Program-made: the position numbers and the translations under genes
In this document: positions 8,859-18,200 of the stretch, one piece after another
Numbering within the stretch: the stretch's first letter is position 1
Layout of the letters: each line of letters starts with the position of its first letter
Assembly: GCA_049325335.1 (NCBI GenBank)
Contig: JBMOMC010000042.1
Span: 1 to 56,063, forward strand
Source: Nitrospirota bacterium
GTDB taxonomy: Bacteria; Nitrospirota; Nitrospiria; 2-01-FULL-66-17
DNA length: 56,063 bases
Direction of reading: 5' to 3'
Notes under the pieces: generated by a model
What the model was told of the DNA's origin: nothing
The model's database searches: none
Seen by the model: the letters and a program-made list of their open reading frames with translations, nothing else

Positions 8859-9525
8859 CGCCGGCTCCCGATGGCGTCGGAGCGGGCGTTCCGGCGCCGG
8901 GCGCCGGCTTGCCCTTCGCTCCACCCGCATTAACGGGCGCCGCCGTCTCGTCGATCGCGGCGAACGCCGTGGCCTTAAACGTGGTTTGGATCATGAGCCG
9001 GCCCTTGTCAACCCGCGCGCCCGCCATTTTGAGTCCCGACACATTCACGATTCGAGGCAAGGTGCCGATGCGATCGAAAAACGCCCCCACCGCGTGATAG
9101 GCGCCCGCCACTTCCACATCCACGGGAATCTCGGTGTAGAGCCCTGATCCTCCAGGCCGTCGATCCGACGGTTTCCAGAGCCGAAAATCAAGGCCGGTTT
9201 TGATGCCGAGATCCGAGACCTGCTTGAGCAGCATGGCCACTTCGGATTCCGGGGGGAGTTGCTCTTTGAGCAACGTCAGTTGTTTCGCCAGTTCGGCGTT
9301 TTCACGCTTGAGGTCTTCCAGGCGTCGCGCCTTGGCTTGATTCACGTTGATGTCGTTGTTGACCTGAGCAATTTGTTGTTCGATCGCCGCGATCTCGGCA
9401 TTCTTCGGCATGTACACGAACCACACAAACGCGCCCAACAACAAGATCACCGGGATCGCGCCCACCACGGCTTTCTGGTACCCGGGCAAGGTCTTGAATG
9501 AATCGAGATTGAGTTCGAGGGCCAT
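8851..9525 (-). CDS. pilO: Type IV pilus assembly protein PilO
   Basis: TM plus coiled coil, QLP..EV..LL, YTEIPV, RIVNVS motifs; position in pilMNOPQ. Confidence 0.93.
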   Translation of the reverse strand: MALELNLDSFKTLPGYQKAVVGAIPVILLLGAFVWFVYMPKNAEIAAIEQQIAQVNNDINVNQAKARRLEDLKRENAELAKQLTLLKEQLPPESEVAMLLKQVSDLGIKTGLDFRLWKPSDRRPGGSGLYTEIPVDVEVAGAYHAVGAFFDRIGTLPRIVNVSGLKMAGARVDKGRLMIQTTFKATAFAAIDETAAPVNAGGAKGKPAPGAGTPAPTPSGAGGG

Positions 9526-9529
9526 CAGC

Positions 9530-10078
9530 TTAGACCGTTAATGTGCATCTCAGCTTGAAATTGTACACGGCAACCCCGCTTTCCGTGACTTGACGAGACT
9601 CGATCAGCAGCGCCTCCTTGATATAGCGGGATGTTTTCAGGTTATTGATGAAATCGACGATCTCCGCATTGGTCACGGCCTTCCCCTCCAACTCGATTTT
9701 CCCGGACTGCTCGACCAACGATGTCAACCACACCCGGTCCGGCAAATTGCGGCTGAGTTCGTCCAATAACCGAACCGGCCCGACTTGGTTCCTGCGGAGC
9801 TGTTCGATAATGCCGATCTTTTCCTCGTAACTTTTTTTGTTCGACTCAAAATTCTCGACCTCTTTCACCTTCTCTTTCAAGGCCGCGAGTTCTTGCGTCC
9901 GCTGCGCTTGTTGTTGCTGGAGCGCGCTGATCCGGGCGGACATCGACCACCACACGTAGCCCATGCCCCCGATGAGCACCACGGCGAGGACCCCGAGTCC
10001 GGCCATCCGACTCGGACCGGCCAGCGAGATCCGCGATCGTGTCGGGCGTTCAACGCCCAGCAGATTAACTTTGATCAT
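9530..10078 (-). CDS. pilN: Type IV pilus assembly protein PilN
   Basis: MIKVNLL N-terminus, LDELSRNLPDRVWL motif. Confidence 0.94.
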   Translation of the reverse strand: MIKVNLLGVERPTRSRISLAGPSRMAGLGVLAVVLIGGMGYVWWSMSARISALQQQQAQRTQELAALKEKVKEVENFESNKKSYEEKIGIIEQLRRNQVGPVRLLDELSRNLPDRVWLTSLVEQSGKIELEGKAVTNAEIVDFINNLKTSRYIKEALLIESRQVTESGVAVYNFKLRCTLTV

Positions 10079-11142
10079 CGGTCGTCCGGACGGCGAATCG
10101 CGAGGCCCACCACCACCGTGGCCTGCGCACCGACCTCCGCAATCAGATCCGGGCTGACGGTCTTGGGGTTCACGCGGATTTGCCGGAACGGATCCAAGAG
10201 TTCAACCGGGACGCCCAACCGTTCCGACAAAAACGGCGCCAACCCAGACAGCTTCGCGGTTCCGCCGCTAAGCAGAACCCGATCAATCGTTTCGTGCGTC
10301 GAGGTCGACCGGAAATAGTCGAACGAACGACCGATCTCCGCCGCGAGTTCGCCGTTCATCGTACTGACGACTTCGGCCACGGCATCCGGGTTCACCCCTT
10401 CCACGGCCTCGCCCCGTTTTGCGCGTTCCGCTGCGTCAAAACTCAAGTTCAGGTCCCGCTGAATGGTTTCGGTATACCGGTTCCCCCCGGTCGAGATATC
10501 GCGGGTGAACCAGAAATTCCCGCCCTTCACGATGTGAATATTCATGACGCTGGCGCCGATATTGACCAACGCGACCACCTCCGACCCGGTGGAACCGTAC
10601 GCCGTTCCGTAGACGTTCTCCAACGTAAACGCGTCCACGTCCACCACCACCGGATTTAAGCCGGCCTCGGTGACCAACGAAGTGTACTCGGACAGCCGGT
10701 CCTTTTTGACCGCCGCGAGCACCACCGTCATCGTATCCTTGCCCTCCGGAGCATCTGAGGACGGCAGAATATGGAAGTCCAAATTCACGTCATTCACGTC
10801 GAACGGGATATACTGTTCGGCTTCCCACTTGATGGACTCCGAAAGCTCCTCCTCGGTCATGGGAGGCACGCTGATTTTTTTTACGATCACCGAATGGCCG
10901 GACACGGAGATCACCACGTCTTTGGCCTTGACCGCCTGCTCGCGGAGCAACTCCTTCAACACGTCCACGACGCGGCCCGCGTCCATGACCGCGCCGTCAA
11001 CGATTAATTCGGGGTCGATCGTTTTGATCCCGAACTTCTCCAGGACGTACCCCTTTTTAGTCGCCTTCAATTGAATGAGTTTGATCGTATTGGACCCGAT
11101 ATCAAGCCCGACCACTGGTTGCGCGCGCTGAAAGAGCATCAC
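10075..11142 (-). CDS. pilM: Type IV pilus assembly protein PilM
   Basis: VGLDIGS actin-like motif, WEAEQYIPF, LSGGTAK. Confidence 0.96.
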   Translation of the reverse strand: MMLFQRAQPVVGLDIGSNTIKLIQLKATKKGYVLEKFGIKTIDPELIVDGAVMDAGRVVDVLKELLREQAVKAKDVVISVSGHSVIVKKISVPPMTEEELSESIKWEAEQYIPFDVNDVNLDFHILPSSDAPEGKDTMTVVLAAVKKDRLSEYTSLVTEAGLNPVVVDVDAFTLENVYGTAYGSTGSEVVALVNIGASVMNIHIVKGGNFWFTRDISTGGNRYTETIQRDLNLSFDAAERAKRGEAVEGVNPDAVAEVVSTMNGELAAEIGRSFDYFRSTSTHETIDRVLLSGGTAKLSGLAPFLSERLGVPVELLDPFRQIRVNPKTVSPDLIAEVGAQATVVVGLAIRRPDDR

Positions 11143-11152
11143 TCTTCGGCCC

Positions 11153-11359
11153 CTAACGTTCGCGACGGTTGCCCCGTCCGCGGATCAGACGCTCGATCTC
11201 GCGACGGTTCTTGTCGCTGTAGATGCGCCAATTGCGCCAATCACGACCGACCCCGCTGATCAACCCCTGACGTTCCCACCGAAACAACGTGGCCTTGGAG
11301 ATGTCGTACGCGTCGCAAATCTGTTTCGCCTTGTACGATCGTGTACGGGACTGAGCCAT
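11153..11359 (-). CDS. Small stand-alone MerR-like helix-turn-helix protein
   Basis: 68 aa; ISKATLFRWERQGLI..RDWRNWRIYS winged-HTH pattern; first gene of the pil operon. Confidence 0.85.
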   Translation of the reverse strand: MAQSRTRSYKAKQICDAYDISKATLFRWERQGLISGVGRDWRNWRIYSDKNRREIERLIRGRGNRRER

Positions 11360-11413
11360 CGCCCTCGAATGTCGCCCCCAATCCGATTCGGTATCTTCTG
11401 AGAAACGGCTGTA

Positions 11414-11441
11414 AGTATACTTAGTATGGTCACGCTGTCAA
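11414..11441 (-). promoter_or_regulatory. sigma70-type promoter of the HTH-pilMNOPQ operon, overlapped by palindrome TAAGTATACTTA
   Basis: TTGACA-16 nt-TATACT; 12-bp palindrome at 11412-11423 covers the -10 box. Confidence 0.7.
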
Positions 11442-11512
11442 GGGAAATTCTCGACACGGGGGTCGCGGCGGCCGACCGAGCGCTTCCGGAGCACCCGCCG
11501 TCGGAGCGGCGG

Positions 11513-13804
11513 TTACTGCGCGCCCCCATGCATTCTCGCGAACGCGGCCCAGTCAAAGGGCTTTGGCGCAATTTCGTGCAACGGAATGGCCTCGAACGCC
11601 CCGTCCGCACGCGAGGCGGCCAGACACCCGATCACCGTCGCGGGATCATCCACCGCGCGACGGACGACTTCGTACGACAAAAACTGCGCGAGCGCCTTGT
11701 CCTCCGGAACCGGCGGCGCGCCTCGCAGCGTGTGGCCGAGAATGGTCGCCTTGGTGGCCACGCTCAGCCGATATCGCGATGTCGCGTGCTGGTGCGGGCG
11801 GTCCGCGATGGCGCGCGCGACGTACCCTTCGAGTCCGTGCACGCCCCCGTCGGGATGGTGCCGGTGCGGGGTCCGTTCGGCCACCACGAACAAATGGCTC
11901 TTATTGGGCACCCCCAGACTCCGACGCAACGTCCCGAGAATCACGTCGTCGATATACGCGTCGGGGTCCGGGTGTTCGTTCACCAGGATCCCTTCGGCCC
12001 GGGCTTGATACGCGCAAGCCAGCGCCAGATGCCCTGACCCCGCGCCCATGATTTCCACGAAAAACACGCTGCCCATCGCCGCGCTGGTCGCCTTGAGCGA
12101 CTCCAGTGACTGATTGGCCAACGCCACCGCGGAGTGAAACCCCAACGAGGTGGCGCGCGCCAGGTTGTTGTCGATGGTGCCCGGCATGCCGACGACCTGC
12201 ACGCCGAACCCTTCGAACAGGGCCCGCGCCCCCCGTAAACTCCCGTCCCCGCCCATCACCACCAGCGCGCCGTCCGCAAGGTGCGGGGCCAAGTTCTCCA
12301 TGGCGATCCGCTGCACGCGTTCGTCCTTGAAGTCCTCGAACCGACTGCTGCCGATCGGACTGCTGGGATGATTGGCCATGCCGCGCGTGGCGGCCTCGGT
12401 GACGCGCTCGATCCAATTGTTGACCAGCCCCAGGAACCCGTGCCGGACAAACAACACCTCCACGCCGTATTGCTCCCCGCTGACCCGCAGCTCCTTGAGC
12501 GCCGCGCCGCCTCCCGCGAAATCACCGCCCGAGACCAAGGCCACGAGCCGCTTGAGTTGTCGCGGCGCCAGCGTCACCCGGTCACGCCGTTCCCGCTCCA
12601 CGGTCACCCACGCCTCACGGGTCGCGCGCTCGTGCGCGGACAACCCCACCGCGGTGGAATACCCCGACAACTCGCCCTGCTCGCACGTCAACAACACCAC
12701 GTTGTCCTGCCCTTCCTTATATTCCCCAAACTCCGCGAAGGCTTCCCGAAACGGACGCGGATCGAGATACACCATCAACGCGCGTAACGTCGAACTGTGG
12801 GTGTACACGCAGGCGACCCCGCCTTGGTGAGCCACGCCGAGTTCGTGCATGCCGTCCACCACGTCCACGTACAAGTCGAAAAACGAATGCCCCGCCGGAT
12901 AACAATACAGCGGGTGTTTGATGAGGCGTTTGGCCGTCTTGGCGTCCACGCCGAACGCACGGACGGCCTCGTCCAGCTCCGCCGATTTTTCAATGCCCGT
13001 GGCCCATCCGAAATCCTGGGACTCCAACGCCGCGTGGACGTCGGGGGCGCGCGGGGAGGCTACGCCGAGCGCCGCAGCCACGTGTTCGTGGAGCTGCGTC
13101 GTGTTGGGGCTGGAACTCACGTAGTGGGCGAACATCGTCGGATCCAGATAATTCGGCACGCTGAGAAAGTCGAGTTGTCGGCCGACCACGCCCAACCTCT
13201 GCGCCAACGCGCGACCCACTGCGTCGGCCGCGGCCGCGCCCCGAGCCGGCTCCAGCGTGTTGGCGAGCCGACGACCCACCCGCCGGGTTTTGCTCTCCAC
13301 CCGCGACACGCCGTGGCGCAACGCGAACAGCAAGGACCGGCCCGAGAGGTTGCGCGGCAGCAGCCAGAAGCGCTCGTCCCCCAGGTCGAGCACGATGCGA
13401 TCGCCGATCAACTGCGGCGTGAGCTGGGCCCGCGGCACGATCGCCACCGGACGCCGGCGAATCGGTTTGACCACGCGCCCGATCGGCGCGCGCAGGAGGG
13501 GCGTCAACGAGCCCTCGGCCGCGGCTCGGTTCCACGCGGCATACCACACCAACGCGTCGCCGCCGCAGGCGGTCTCGATGAGCGCCGCGCGCGCCGCGCG
13601 ATAGACCTCGGCGCCCACCGGCCCCCCGCACACGCGCTCTACAAACGCCCGCACCGCCGGCATCGCGGCGGCCACGCGGTCCGCGCGAGCCCCCGGGGGC
13701 GGCGGGGCCGGCCGCCGCACCCCGTCGACGCCGGGCTCGCAACGGGCCAGCGCCTCGCCGAGCGCCAACAACCCGTCGATCGTCACGAATCCCAGATCGT
13801 CCAT
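11513..13804 (-). CDS. Histidine-phosphatase-like domain fused to ATP-dependent 6-phosphofructokinase-family kinase
   Basis: LRHG and YTHS motifs in the middle part; C-terminal SGGDFAG, GGDGS, PGTIDNN, VEIMG, LGHTLRG PfkA motifs. Confidence 0.85.
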   Translation of the reverse strand: MDDLGFVTIDGLLALGEALARCEPGVDGVRRPAPPPPGARADRVAAAMPAVRAFVERVCGGPVGAEVYRAARAALIETACGGDALVWYAAWNRAAAEGSLTPLLRAPIGRVVKPIRRRPVAIVPRAQLTPQLIGDRIVLDLGDERFWLLPRNLSGRSLLFALRHGVSRVESKTRRVGRRLANTLEPARGAAAADAVGRALAQRLGVVGRQLDFLSVPNYLDPTMFAHYVSSSPNTTQLHEHVAAALGVASPRAPDVHAALESQDFGWATGIEKSAELDEAVRAFGVDAKTAKRLIKHPLYCYPAGHSFFDLYVDVVDGMHELGVAHQGGVACVYTHSSTLRALMVYLDPRPFREAFAEFGEYKEGQDNVVLLTCEQGELSGYSTAVGLSAHERATREAWVTVERERRDRVTLAPRQLKRLVALVSGGDFAGGGAALKELRVSGEQYGVEVLFVRHGFLGLVNNWIERVTEAATRGMANHPSSPIGSSRFEDFKDERVQRIAMENLAPHLADGALVVMGGDGSLRGARALFEGFGVQVVGMPGTIDNNLARATSLGFHSAVALANQSLESLKATSAAMGSVFFVEIMGAGSGHLALACAYQARAEGILVNEHPDPDAYIDDVILGTLRRSLGVPNKSHLFVVAERTPHRHHPDGGVHGLEGYVARAIADRPHQHATSRYRLSVATKATILGHTLRGAPPVPEDKALAQFLSYEVVRRAVDDPATVIGCLAASRADGAFEAIPLHEIAPKPFDWAAFARMHGGAQ

Positions 13805-13844
13805 TACCGACGTCCCGGAGTCGGCCGCGCGAACGCCCCGCCGC

Positions 13845-14873
13845 TCACGTCGATTCCACCAAGGCGACGATGGTGTGCAGCCCAGATGTCCCGTCGGGAT
13901 ACGCGCGCGCGCCGGTCTCCACCTGCCGTAGCCCGTCCTGTCCCTGGGCCCGCACCACGAGCGTGTGCGCCCCCGCGACCGGCGGCCGCCACTCGTACGT
14001 CCAGTGCACCCACGCGTAACGCGGCGACGGCGCCAACGCCGCGTCGCGCCACGTGCGGCCGCCGTCCGCGCTCACCTCGACGCGTTTGACGCCGTGCCCG
14101 CCGCCGAACGCGACCCCCCGCACCTCCTGACGCGCTCCGCGCAACACCTGGTAGTGCCCCGGGCGGTCGATCCGCGACGTCACCGGAATAACGCCCTCGT
14201 CGGTCCAGCCGCGTTCCTGCCAGTAGCCCCGGTGGTCGCGCTCCACGACCTCAATTTCGGTCAGCCACTTCACGTTTTTGATCCCAAAGATGCCGGGCAC
14301 GACGGCCCGCAGCGGGTACCCGTGGTCCTTGGGCAGCGTCACCCCGTTCATAGAGTGCGCCAGCAACACGTCGCCGTGCATGGCGCGCTCCAGCGTGATG
14401 CTGTCGTGGTACCCGTCGACGCTCCGGAACACCACGTCCACGGCCGTATCGAGCGGTTTGGCCTCGTCGAGCAGCCGCGCCAAGGGAAACCCGGTCCAGA
14501 GCGCGTTGCTCATCAGGCTGCCGCCGGGTTCGTTGTCGATGCATTGCAGCGTCACCATCAGGTCCTGCGTCCGCTGCTCCAAGATATCCACGTAGCGCAA
14601 GGTGCGCGGATGTTCGACCGCGCCGTGAAGACGCGCCGACCACTCGGCCGCCCGGACCGCCGCGCCGACTTCCAACGACTGATCGCTGTAGTTGACTCGG
14701 TAGAACTGATCGTTGGGCGTGATGAACGGCGTGTCGCGAGGCGGGACCGAAAACATCCGACCCCAGAAAAACATGCCCGCCTCGGCCGGGCGCGTGAGCC
14801 CCGCCCCGGCGAGCGCGGCGGTCGCCGTGAGGAGACGGCGACGGCTAACGACCTGCGTGGACCGGAGGACCAT
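13845..14873 (-). CDS. Tat-exported sulfite-oxidase-family molybdoenzyme
   Basis: SRRRLL twin-arginine signal; LQCIDN Mo-ligand Cys, DHGYPLRAVVPG, KNVKWL, GYWQERGW, C-terminal Ig-like dimerisation domain. Confidence 0.9.
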   Translation of the reverse strand: MVLRSTQVVSRRRLLTATAALAGAGLTRPAEAGMFFWGRMFSVPPRDTPFITPNDQFYRVNYSDQSLEVGAAVRAAEWSARLHGAVEHPRTLRYVDILEQRTQDLMVTLQCIDNEPGGSLMSNALWTGFPLARLLDEAKPLDTAVDVVFRSVDGYHDSITLERAMHGDVLLAHSMNGVTLPKDHGYPLRAVVPGIFGIKNVKWLTEIEVVERDHRGYWQERGWTDEGVIPVTSRIDRPGHYQVLRGARQEVRGVAFGGGHGVKRVEVSADGGRTWRDAALAPSPRYAWVHWTYEWRPPVAGAHTLVVRAQGQDGLRQVETGARAYPDGTSGLHTIVALVEST

Positions 14874-14936
14874 CCTTTGTCCCCTGCGCCTCACCCATCG
14901 TGGGCCGTCCGCCGGCCGCGGCCACGGGGGACCCCG

Positions 14937-15350
14937 CTACGAAATGCCGGCGACGCGTTGCGCCCACCGCACATAGCCGACGATTTTAGCCACGTCCTCG
15001 TCCGCCACGCCGGGGATAGGCGGCATGTTGCCGAAGCCCCAATGGTGCGCGTTGACGCCGCGCTTGACAGCCAGCACAAACGCTTCATCGGCGTGGTGCG
15101 AGGGTTCGTAAATCTTGGAGAGAAACGACGGACCCCGACCGGTGCCCGCCGCATGCACCCCGTGGCAGCGCGCGCAGTTGGCGTCGAACAGGCGCTTGCC
15201 GTCCGCATGTTCGGCCGGCACCTCCGCCCCGGCCACGGCGCCGGCCCCGGGGTTCCCGCCCCCGGCGCAGCCGGGGAGCGCCGACAACGCGGCGGCCAGC
15301 AGTGCCACCGCCGCGGCATTCGCAAACCGATTGCGTGAACCATTACCCAT
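14937..15350 (-). CDS. Monoheme c-type cytochrome lipoprotein
   Basis: LPGC lipobox, CARCH heme motif, distal Met in FGNMPP; GGAGGG SD before ATG 15350. Confidence 0.9.
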   Translation of the reverse strand: MGNGSRNRFANAAAVALLAAALSALPGCAGGGNPGAGAVAGAEVPAEHADGKRLFDANCARCHGVHAAGTGRGPSFLSKIYEPSHHADEAFVLAVKRGVNAHHWGFGNMPPIPGVADEDVAKIVGYVRWAQRVAGIS

Positions 15351-15413
15351 CGCACCCTCCCTGGTCACCTCGGGTGATGATAGTCGAGGGACACGGCGAA
15401 AGGCAACGGGCGG

Positions 15414-16532
15414 CTACCGCAGCAGCGCGATCATTCGGCCGAACAGTCGCGAGAGCGCCAACAGTTCGCGCGCCTGCGACCAGATCGCTCGCGCCGATAC
15501 ACGGACGTTCACGTGGGTAAACAGCGTGGTCAACACGCATTCGGCCGACGGAAAGCGCCGGTGGAGCGCCATGCTGCCCGAGCACGGGAGGATATGGTCA
15601 TATACGCTGTGCAGAATCAGGAGGCGACTGCGCAGGCGGTCCGCGGGTTCGGTCACGGACAGGGCCTCGATCAGCGCGCGCGACGTGGCGGTGATCTCGC
15701 GCCACTGGTCCGGCATCCGGTCCGGATGGAACCGCCGCAGCGCCTCGATGCACGCGCGCCCGGCGGGAGACAACTCGCGGACGGACCGGTCGATCTCCGC
15801 GGAGTCGCGTTGCCGGCCGATCTCCAGGAGAATCGCGCGGAGTCGGTCTCGCTCCGATTCCGGCGCGTCAAAATACGCCAAGGCCGAACGCAGCACTAAA
15901 AACCGGCCATAGGGGTCCACCGGGACGTTCACCCCATCCGTGCGATAGACGTCGGAAAACACGTCGCGCATCAGATCGCCGAAGTCCGCGTACCCGCCGA
16001 AGACCGCGACGACCTCGGGCGGCTCCTCCAACTGCGGTCGAAGCGCCGCCTTCAGACCCAGCGTTCCCATATAACTCAACCCGAGCACGATCACCGGGTG
16101 AGAGCCGTCCGACGGCGCGCGGCGTCTCACGTCTTGGATGACGCCAGCGATCTGTTCGATGGTGGCGGGATCGAAGTCCAAGGCGCGGACCGCGGGGTAG
16201 TCCGGCGTCAGCACCAAGAAGCCGATCTCCGCGAGCGCCGCGGCGAAGTTCACCAGGCGCGGATCATCCACGGACTCGGGCACGAACCCGCCGTTTAACA
16301 CGATGGTCGCGGACCATGTGTCCGGGCGATACTCCCTGACCTGAAGCGAGACGCCCGCGACCGGCGTCTCCCGTTCCTTCACCGACACCGGCCGAGCGAT
16401 CCACCGAAACGGGGACCGCCGTTCGGGTCTCGCGATCCGCCAGAACAAGTGCCCCGTCTTGATCACGCGCATCCGCAAGATCCCTCGCACCGCTATTTCA
16501 CCCCAACCTCTGACGTCTGTAAAGATCGCCAC
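15414..16532 (-). CDS. Alpha/beta-hydrolase-fold protein (start may be ATG 16472)
   Basis: GLSYMG nucleophile-elbow-like motif, LHSVYDH and LFTHV acid/His candidates. Confidence 0.7.
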   Translation of the reverse strand: MAIFTDVRGWGEIAVRGILRMRVIKTGHLFWRIARPERRSPFRWIARPVSVKERETPVAGVSLQVREYRPDTWSATIVLNGGFVPESVDDPRLVNFAAALAEIGFLVLTPDYPAVRALDFDPATIEQIAGVIQDVRRRAPSDGSHPVIVLGLSYMGTLGLKAALRPQLEEPPEVVAVFGGYADFGDLMRDVFSDVYRTDGVNVPVDPYGRFLVLRSALAYFDAPESERDRLRAILLEIGRQRDSAEIDRSVRELSPAGRACIEALRRFHPDRMPDQWREITATSRALIEALSVTEPADRLRSRLLILHSVYDHILPCSGSMALHRRFPSAECVLTTLFTHVNVRVSARAIWSQARELLALSRLFGRMIALLR

Positions 16533-16559
16533 GCGCGATCGAGCCGCGGGAAGCCACGC

Positions 16560-16590
16560 TTGACAACCGAAACCTCCGATTCCATATACT
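16560..16590 (+). promoter_or_regulatory. Putative sigma70-type promoter of the OmpA gene with a long 19-nt spacer
   Basis: TTGACA (16560-65) and TATACT (16585-90). Confidence 0.5.
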
Positions 16591-16637
16591 ACGGCCGATT
16601 GGGTGCCTCATCCGTCCATCACGACCAAGGAGGGTCT

Positions 16638-17312
16638 ATGCGTGTGTTACGACCATTGCGGTCGGCCGGTCTTGTCGGCGTCATCGTGGCGCTCTTCGGC
16701 GCGGCCGCGTTGACCGGGTGCGAGGGCATGTCCCGCACCCAAAAAGGCGCGGTGGCCGGCACCGCGGTCGGCGCCGGGCTCGGCGCGCTGATCGGCAAAC
16801 AGTCCGGTCACGCCGGACGCGGCGCGCTCATCGGCGGAGCGGTCGGCGCGCTCTCCGGCGGGTTGGTCGGCAACTACATGGACCGCCAAGCCGAGGAATT
16901 GGAGCGGGTGGCCGACACGACCCGAACCGGCGACGGCATCATCGTCACGATGCGGGACAAGATCCTCTTCGACGTGGACAGCTCCACGATCAAACCCGCC
17001 GCCGCCACGAGCGTGGACAAGCTCGCCACGGTGTTGACCAAGTACCCGAAAACGACGATTACCATTGCGGGATACACCGACAACACCGGTCGCCCGGACT
17101 ACAACGTCAAGCTCTCGGAACGGCGTGCGAACGCGGTCAAATTCGCCTTAACCGACCGCGGCGTGGCCGGGGATCGCATCAGCACCATGGGATTCGGCGC
17201 GGAAAACCCGGTCGCATCGAACACCTCCCCGGACGGACGCGCGCAGAACCGACGCGTCGAGCTCCACATCGTCCCCGACGAGACCCTCAAACACGACGAC
17301 GCGGCCGAATAG
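16638..17312 (+). CDS. OmpA-family lipoprotein with glycine zipper (YiaD-like)
   Basis: AGGAGG SD before ATG 16638; LTGC lipobox; glycine zipper; GYTDNTG, NVKLSERRA, NRRVE. Confidence 0.93.
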   Translation: MRVLRPLRSAGLVGVIVALFGAAALTGCEGMSRTQKGAVAGTAVGAGLGALIGKQSGHAGRGALIGGAVGALSGGLVGNYMDRQAEELERVADTTRTGDGIIVTMRDKILFDVDSSTIKPAAATSVDKLATVLTKYPKTTITIAGYTDNTGRPDYNVKLSERRANAVKFALTDRGVAGDRISTMGFGAENPVASNTSPDGRAQNRRVELHIVPDETLKHDDAAE

Positions 17313-17332
17313 GTCTCCTCGCGTTGGGCAAC

Positions 17333-17361
17333 TGGACAGCCCCCGGGCTTTTCGTTACACT
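17333..17361 (+). promoter_or_regulatory. Putative sigma70-type promoter for the PP2C gene
   Basis: TGGACA-17 nt-TACACT. Confidence 0.5.
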
Positions 17362-17425
17362 TTGCCGGCCTCCGATCTAATGTGACGCACTCGTCGGCAG
17401 ATACCGTGGAAGAAGACATCGCTGA

Positions 17426-18184
17426 ATGAAGATTCGGTCCGCCGGATCAACACACGTCGGGCGGGTTCGCACGTCCAACGAAGATTATTACGGAGTGTTC
17501 GACGACTTGGACCTATACGTGGTCGCCGATGGAATGGGCGGGCACGCGGCGGGCGAAGTCGCCAGCTCGATGGCGGTCCAAACCATCCGCAATGCGTTCG
17601 CGGAGGCCGGCGCGGAGCGCACCCTGCCGGCCGACGGCGCGTACGACCCCGGGCGTCGCCTGGTCTGGGCGATCGAACAGGCCAATGAAAAAATTTTCAA
17701 TGCGGGTTCGGACAACCCAGCCCTCTCCGGAATGGGCACCACCGTGGTCGCGGTGTGGGTCGGCGACGAGGCCGCCTACATCGCCCACGTGGGGGACAGC
17801 CGCGTGTACCTCGTCCACGCCGGAGGAATCACCCAAGTCACGTCCGACCATTCCCTGGTCAACGACTACCTGAGTCGGGGCATCATGACGCCGGCCGAAG
17901 CCGCGGTCCATCCCATGAAACACGTGTTGATCCGCGCGCTCGGCACCGCCTCCGGCGTCGCGGTTGATATCCAACGCGTACCGCTCCAACCCGGCGACAT
18001 CCTACTGCTGTGTTCGGACGGGCTCTCCAACATCGTCCCCGCCGACGAACTCAGCGCCATCTTATCAAAAACGACCAAAGACGACCTGCCCACGCGGTGC
18101 CAGGAGTTAATCGACGCGGCCAACCGCCGGGGAGGACTCGACAACATCACCGCGGTGCTGGTGCGGGCCGACACATCCTGTTAA
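17426..18184 (+). CDS. PP2C-family (Stp1/PrpC) Ser/Thr protein phosphatase
   Basis: NED, VADGMGGH, GMGTT, HVGDSR, CSDGL, GGLDNIT motifs. Confidence 0.95.
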   Translation: MKIRSAGSTHVGRVRTSNEDYYGVFDDLDLYVVADGMGGHAAGEVASSMAVQTIRNAFAEAGAERTLPADGAYDPGRRLVWAIEQANEKIFNAGSDNPALSGMGTTVVAVWVGDEAAYIAHVGDSRVYLVHAGGITQVTSDHSLVNDYLSRGIMTPAEAAVHPMKHVLIRALGTASGVAVDIQRVPLQPGDILLLCSDGLSNIVPADELSAILSKTTKDDLPTRCQELIDAANRRGGLDNITAVLVRADTSC

Positions 18185-18200
18185 GGAGTTAACAAAGACC

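Noticed and set aside
13804..14052. 82-aa ORF bridging the Mo enzyme and PFK fusion
   Set aside because: Alternative frame mostly overlapping the Mo-enzyme gene; Arg/Gly/Ala composition typical of off-frame GC-rich sequence
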